Shown: positions 60,290-64,000 of the stretch, piece by piece
Layout: each line of letters begins with the position of its first letter
Position numbering within the stretch: the first letter of the stretch is position 1
Source of the DNA: Paragordius varius
Lineage: Eukaryota > Animalia > Nematomorpha
Reading direction: 5' to 3'
DNA: 64,000 nucleotides
Assembly (NCBI GenBank): GCA_964247055.1
Contig: OZ176053.1
Location: 11,594,001 to 11,658,000 of the forward strand
Notes under the pieces: model-generated
Told to the model about the DNA's origin: nothing
The model's database searches: none
The model's input: only the letters and a program-made list of their open reading frames with translations
Made by a program: the position numbers and the translations under genes

Positions 60290-61400
60290 AAACTTACGAA
60301 ATATATCTCTGATATTAATGTATCAGGACTATCATAATGCTTTTGGTTTTGGCCATTACGAGTGATTAAAGAGAGTTAATCGCATTTTGTGGTAGTGCTC
60401 CATATCAAAAAATGACAAAATTCGAGCACATTTGCAATAAAACTTTTTTGGTGAAATCTAAATGTTTCATTCAAAAAATATCACTAAAATATATCTAAAA
60501 TACATAAAAAAGCAAAACAATATTTTGAAAAAATTTTAATATTTATATGTGGGCTCCGATAGTCCCAATTTTTTTGGTCTTTTAAAATGAGCTAGTCCTC
60601 TTAAAACAAAAAAGCCGGGATTGCACGATAATTTTAAATATATGCTAAATTTTGACATAAATAAAAATATGTAACAAATGCATACTTCTTTCAAAAATTT
60701 ATTTTGCCAAAATTTTATTGTAAAATTCTTCATATTATTTTGAGTCATGATGGAAACGGTTTTAAAACGCTTTAGGATGTCATAGAAACACTTTTTCCAT
60801 ATGTTCGATGATGTTCTAACATTGAATTTAGATGATATTATGCGTTGGTCTTTAAATTTATGTTAAATAAATATTGTTTTTTTTTTCAAAAATTACAAAA
60901 TTAAGCCAACGAACCTTTAAATTAAAATTTTAAAGGGATAGGTTCAACATGATCAATTTATATAAAATAATGTTTTTATAATATATTATAGCACTGTTAA
61001 GCTTAAATTTTTGAAAAACTATGCATGTTTTTAAAAAATATTTTTAGTTGATATCAAAATTTAGCATGTATTTAAATTTTTTATTACGCAATCCCAGCAT
61101 TTGCTTTATTTTAAAAGGACTAGCCCATTTTAGAAGAGCAGAAAAATTTGGGACGTTAGAAGCCCCCGTATAAAAATTTAATTTTTTTGAAAATTTTGCC
61201 TTTTAAATATGGTATATGATAAATTTTAGTGATATTTTTTGGATTATAGCATTTTTGGACAAAAAAATTTTGCGGAATTTTGCCATTTTCTGATATGGAA
61301 CACCTAATACAAAAGTGCGAATAACACTCCTAAATACTCATGAGGGCCAAAACCAAAAGCACTATGAATTCTGATATATTTTACTATCAAAATATATATA
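60290..61400. repeat. Palindrome within tandem unit 2
   Basis: GCTTTTGGTTTTGGCC (~60340) versus GGCCAAAACCAAAAGC (~61345); nearly identical to unit 1. Confidence 0.88.
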
Positions 61401-62989
61401 TTTCGCCAGGTCAATTTTCCAAACCCCCGATTTTGGACGTAGTGTATAGATTAAGCTTCAAAAGTTTTGGTACTTTATATTTTAAAATGTAACGGTCATA
61501 ACTCAAGCACTTTAAAATACTAAAAATTATATTATATATGGTGGACTAGGTTTTTGGCTTAGTTAATTAAAGATAATAAAATTTTGTTTGATCCAATTTT
61601 TTTTATAGATACAGGCCGGCATTCTGGAAACGGTATTTTTTTATATCATACCTTTTTTTATATTTTTAAAAATTATTTTTATTGTTAAAACAACAAATTA
61701 AATCAAAAGTTTATCTTATATATATATATATATATATATATTGACCCGCAAAATACGGTTATAATCGAATAAATATTTGAGGCGGCGCATGATTGCTTGT
61801 TAAATAGTCCTAAGTTAGAAGTTCTCATTATCATGCATTTTAAAGATTTTGCTTATTTCCTATAGTAGGGCGAATAGCAACACAGTAGTGTGAAAAACAA
61901 CAAAATGTTGAATAAAAAATTATTTTCTTTCTTTTTTCCATTCGTTCGTGTGTTTATTTAGGCGCAATTCCAGACGATGAAGATGAAACTCACATAGGTA
62001 ACGATTTTTTAAATATTATTTTATCTTATACCAGTAGCATTATCTAAAATAGTTAAGATATTAAAAAATAAATATGAGCAATTTGCTTTTTGAAACTTTT
62101 TTTTGATCAAGATAAAACTATGTGTTAGAAAGATTTTACTTGTTTGGTCGTATGTAAAAAATTTGTCTAACCTGAAAGAGGGGTGGACAAGCGTGCCGCA
62201 TAACATATGGGTAAAAATAATATTTTATTGAACATCACACATAAGATTACAAAAAAGTTCTTATTTTTTGCTAGTTGGTTGCCAGAATCTGGGGCTTATT
62301 CAAAATAATTTTGTTCAAAAAATATACACTTTATCAATTTTATATTTTTCCAATATGGGCAGGACTATCTTAAAAGCCAATTGCTGCCCTGCTTTCTATT
62401 ATCCTTATTTATAAAAAACGATGATGGAAATAGATTAAATTCATTAACAAAACACAATCATAATGTTATATAAGTACAATAAAAAAACTGATTTTTATTT
62501 AAACAAAAGCTCTTTATTAAAAATCTACGATTAGTTTAGGGTTGCTCTCCTATCCCAAACCAACCCCTTATCTTTCAAATAGTATCGGCTTTTAAAGGTG
62601 ATACGCCTTAAGCATATAGATACTATCTCCCTTATCAAATGTACCTACACTTTGTAACGGATCTGGGTCGCATATTATTCTATTTGGGCATTTTTTTATT
62701 CCAAATGCTGAAACTTATTTAAATGCTGCCATAAAATTTGTTTTCAATATTATTGTGCTGATGTGAAAACGAACTTTGAATTAAACTGACAATCTAAATT
62801 CATTAAGATTTTCACAACTACTTTGTGTAATTTACACGAACATTAACTTTTTAATAATTTTAATTATAAATAAATTAGAAAACATTTATTTTAACTGAGC
62901 CAATTTTTTAATGGCCAATCATGTGTTTGTGCGTAATGGGCTCTCAACCAATCTCCAAACTAATAATGAAATGTACACAAAAAAATAAC

Positions 62990-64000
62990 CTTCGATATAT
63001 ATTTTATAGTAGGAAAACGTACCAGGAATATGAAGGGCTTTTGGTTTTGGCCCTTTAGAATGTAAAGAAAGTAATTTTAAGTGCTTCATTAAAAAAATAG
63101 CGGTGCGCTCATTTTTATCAAAAAACTTTTGGTGAAAGCTAAATGCTTCGCTGAATAAATATTTTTAAATCTAAACTACATAAAAAACAATATTTTGTAA
63201 ATTAAATTTTTAGATGGGGGCTTCGAAACCAAATTTTTTTTTAAAATGAACTGGCTTTTTTAAAATAAAAGCAGAAATTCCGGGATGGCGCGATAAAAAT
63301 TTTAAATATATGCTGATTTGGATATCAAATAAAAATGTTTTTTGGAGATATGCATACTTTTTTAAAAATTAAATTTTTACCCTATTGAAGCATATTTCAT
63401 ACTATTCTGAGTCATGATAAATACGGTTTAAAATGCTTTTAGATGTCACAAAAACAATTTTACTATATGTTGGATGATGCAATTTCTACACCTCGGAATT
63501 TTGATTACAATATTCGTTCGTCTTTATTTATGTCAAAACAATATTGTAGTTTTTTACAAAAATTCACCAAAGTTTTCAAGCCGAGAAACTTTTAAAATTG
63601 GGAAGCGATAGAAATGTTCAGCATCCTCGATACATCGAAAAGTTTTTATAATTTATTAAAGCCATATTAAAGGGTATCCATTATGACTCAAAATAGTAGT
63701 TTCACTAAAATTTTGATAAAAATTAAATTTTTAAAAATGTGTGCATTAAAAATACTTTTATTTGATTTCAAAATTTAGCATATATTTAAATTTTTTATCG
63801 CGCACCGGCATTTGCGTTTCTTTTAAGAGGACTGCCCATTTTAGAAGAGCAAAAATTTTCTTGACTTTAAAAGACATCATCTAAATATTTATTTTTTTGA
63901 AAATATTGTTTTGCTTTGTATTTCTAGTTTATAATAAATTTTAGTGATGTTTTTTGGATTGAAGTATTTAGCTTTGGCCAAAAAATTTATTCAAAAAATT
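62990..64000. repeat. Palindrome within tandem unit 3 (more diverged, truncated by the window end)
   Basis: GCTTTTGGTTTTGGCC (~63039); CGCGATAAAAATTTTAAATATATGCT (~63289) versus AGCATATATTTAAATTTTTTATCGCG (~63776). Confidence 0.8.

Larger units (their letters stand above)
53985..64000. repeat. Tandem array of ~2.7-3.0-kb units (at least 3.x copies, running off the window)
   Basis: ATACAGGCCGGCATTCTG at 54014, 56988 and 61609; GCTAGTTGGTTGCCAGAATCTGGGGCTT at ~54914, ~59565 and ~62270; CTTTGTAACGGATCTGGGTCGC at ~55250, ~59940 and ~62650. Unit 2 is ~1.65 kb longer because of an insertion. Confidence 0.92.

Noticed and set aside
1-64000. tRNA, rRNA or snRNA genes
   Set aside because: No cloverleaf, A/B-box or rRNA-like GC-rich segment was recognised by eye. 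A covariance-model search would be needed to exclude small RNAs.

Overview
Very AT-rich eukaryotic (animal-like) genomic DNA; the taxon cannot be determined from sequence alone. Two intact multi-exon housekeeping genes could be reconstructed by hand with every splice phase consistent. SAMM50/Sam50 is on the minus strand (8227-13903, 12 coding exons, 515 aa). A P1B-type copper-transporting ATPase of the ATP7 family is on the plus strand (29194-43705, 20 coding exons, about 1226 aa, only two metal-binding domains seen). The rest is mostly a nested transposon graveyard: two copies of an 8-bp-TSD hAT element, a full-length but broken RTE LINE, several truncated RTEs, five TTAA-flanked piggyBac-type MITEs, CACTA-type MITEs, mariner, Penelope and other hAT remnants, and a family of large palindromes that forms a 2.6-kb palindrome-of-palindromes at the left edge and a ~2.7-3-kb-unit tandem array at the right edge. 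The most striking signal is splicing architecture. Six GT-AG introns of only 21-26 nt sit near the 5' ends of the two genes, five required by frame, stop or splice phase and one by domain alignment, and they coexist with 59-3420-nt introns. A ~100-bp tandem array at 5770-6905 has as its best-conserved part a 20-21-nt GT...AG cassette of the same size class. No rRNA, tRNA or CRISPR array was seen.
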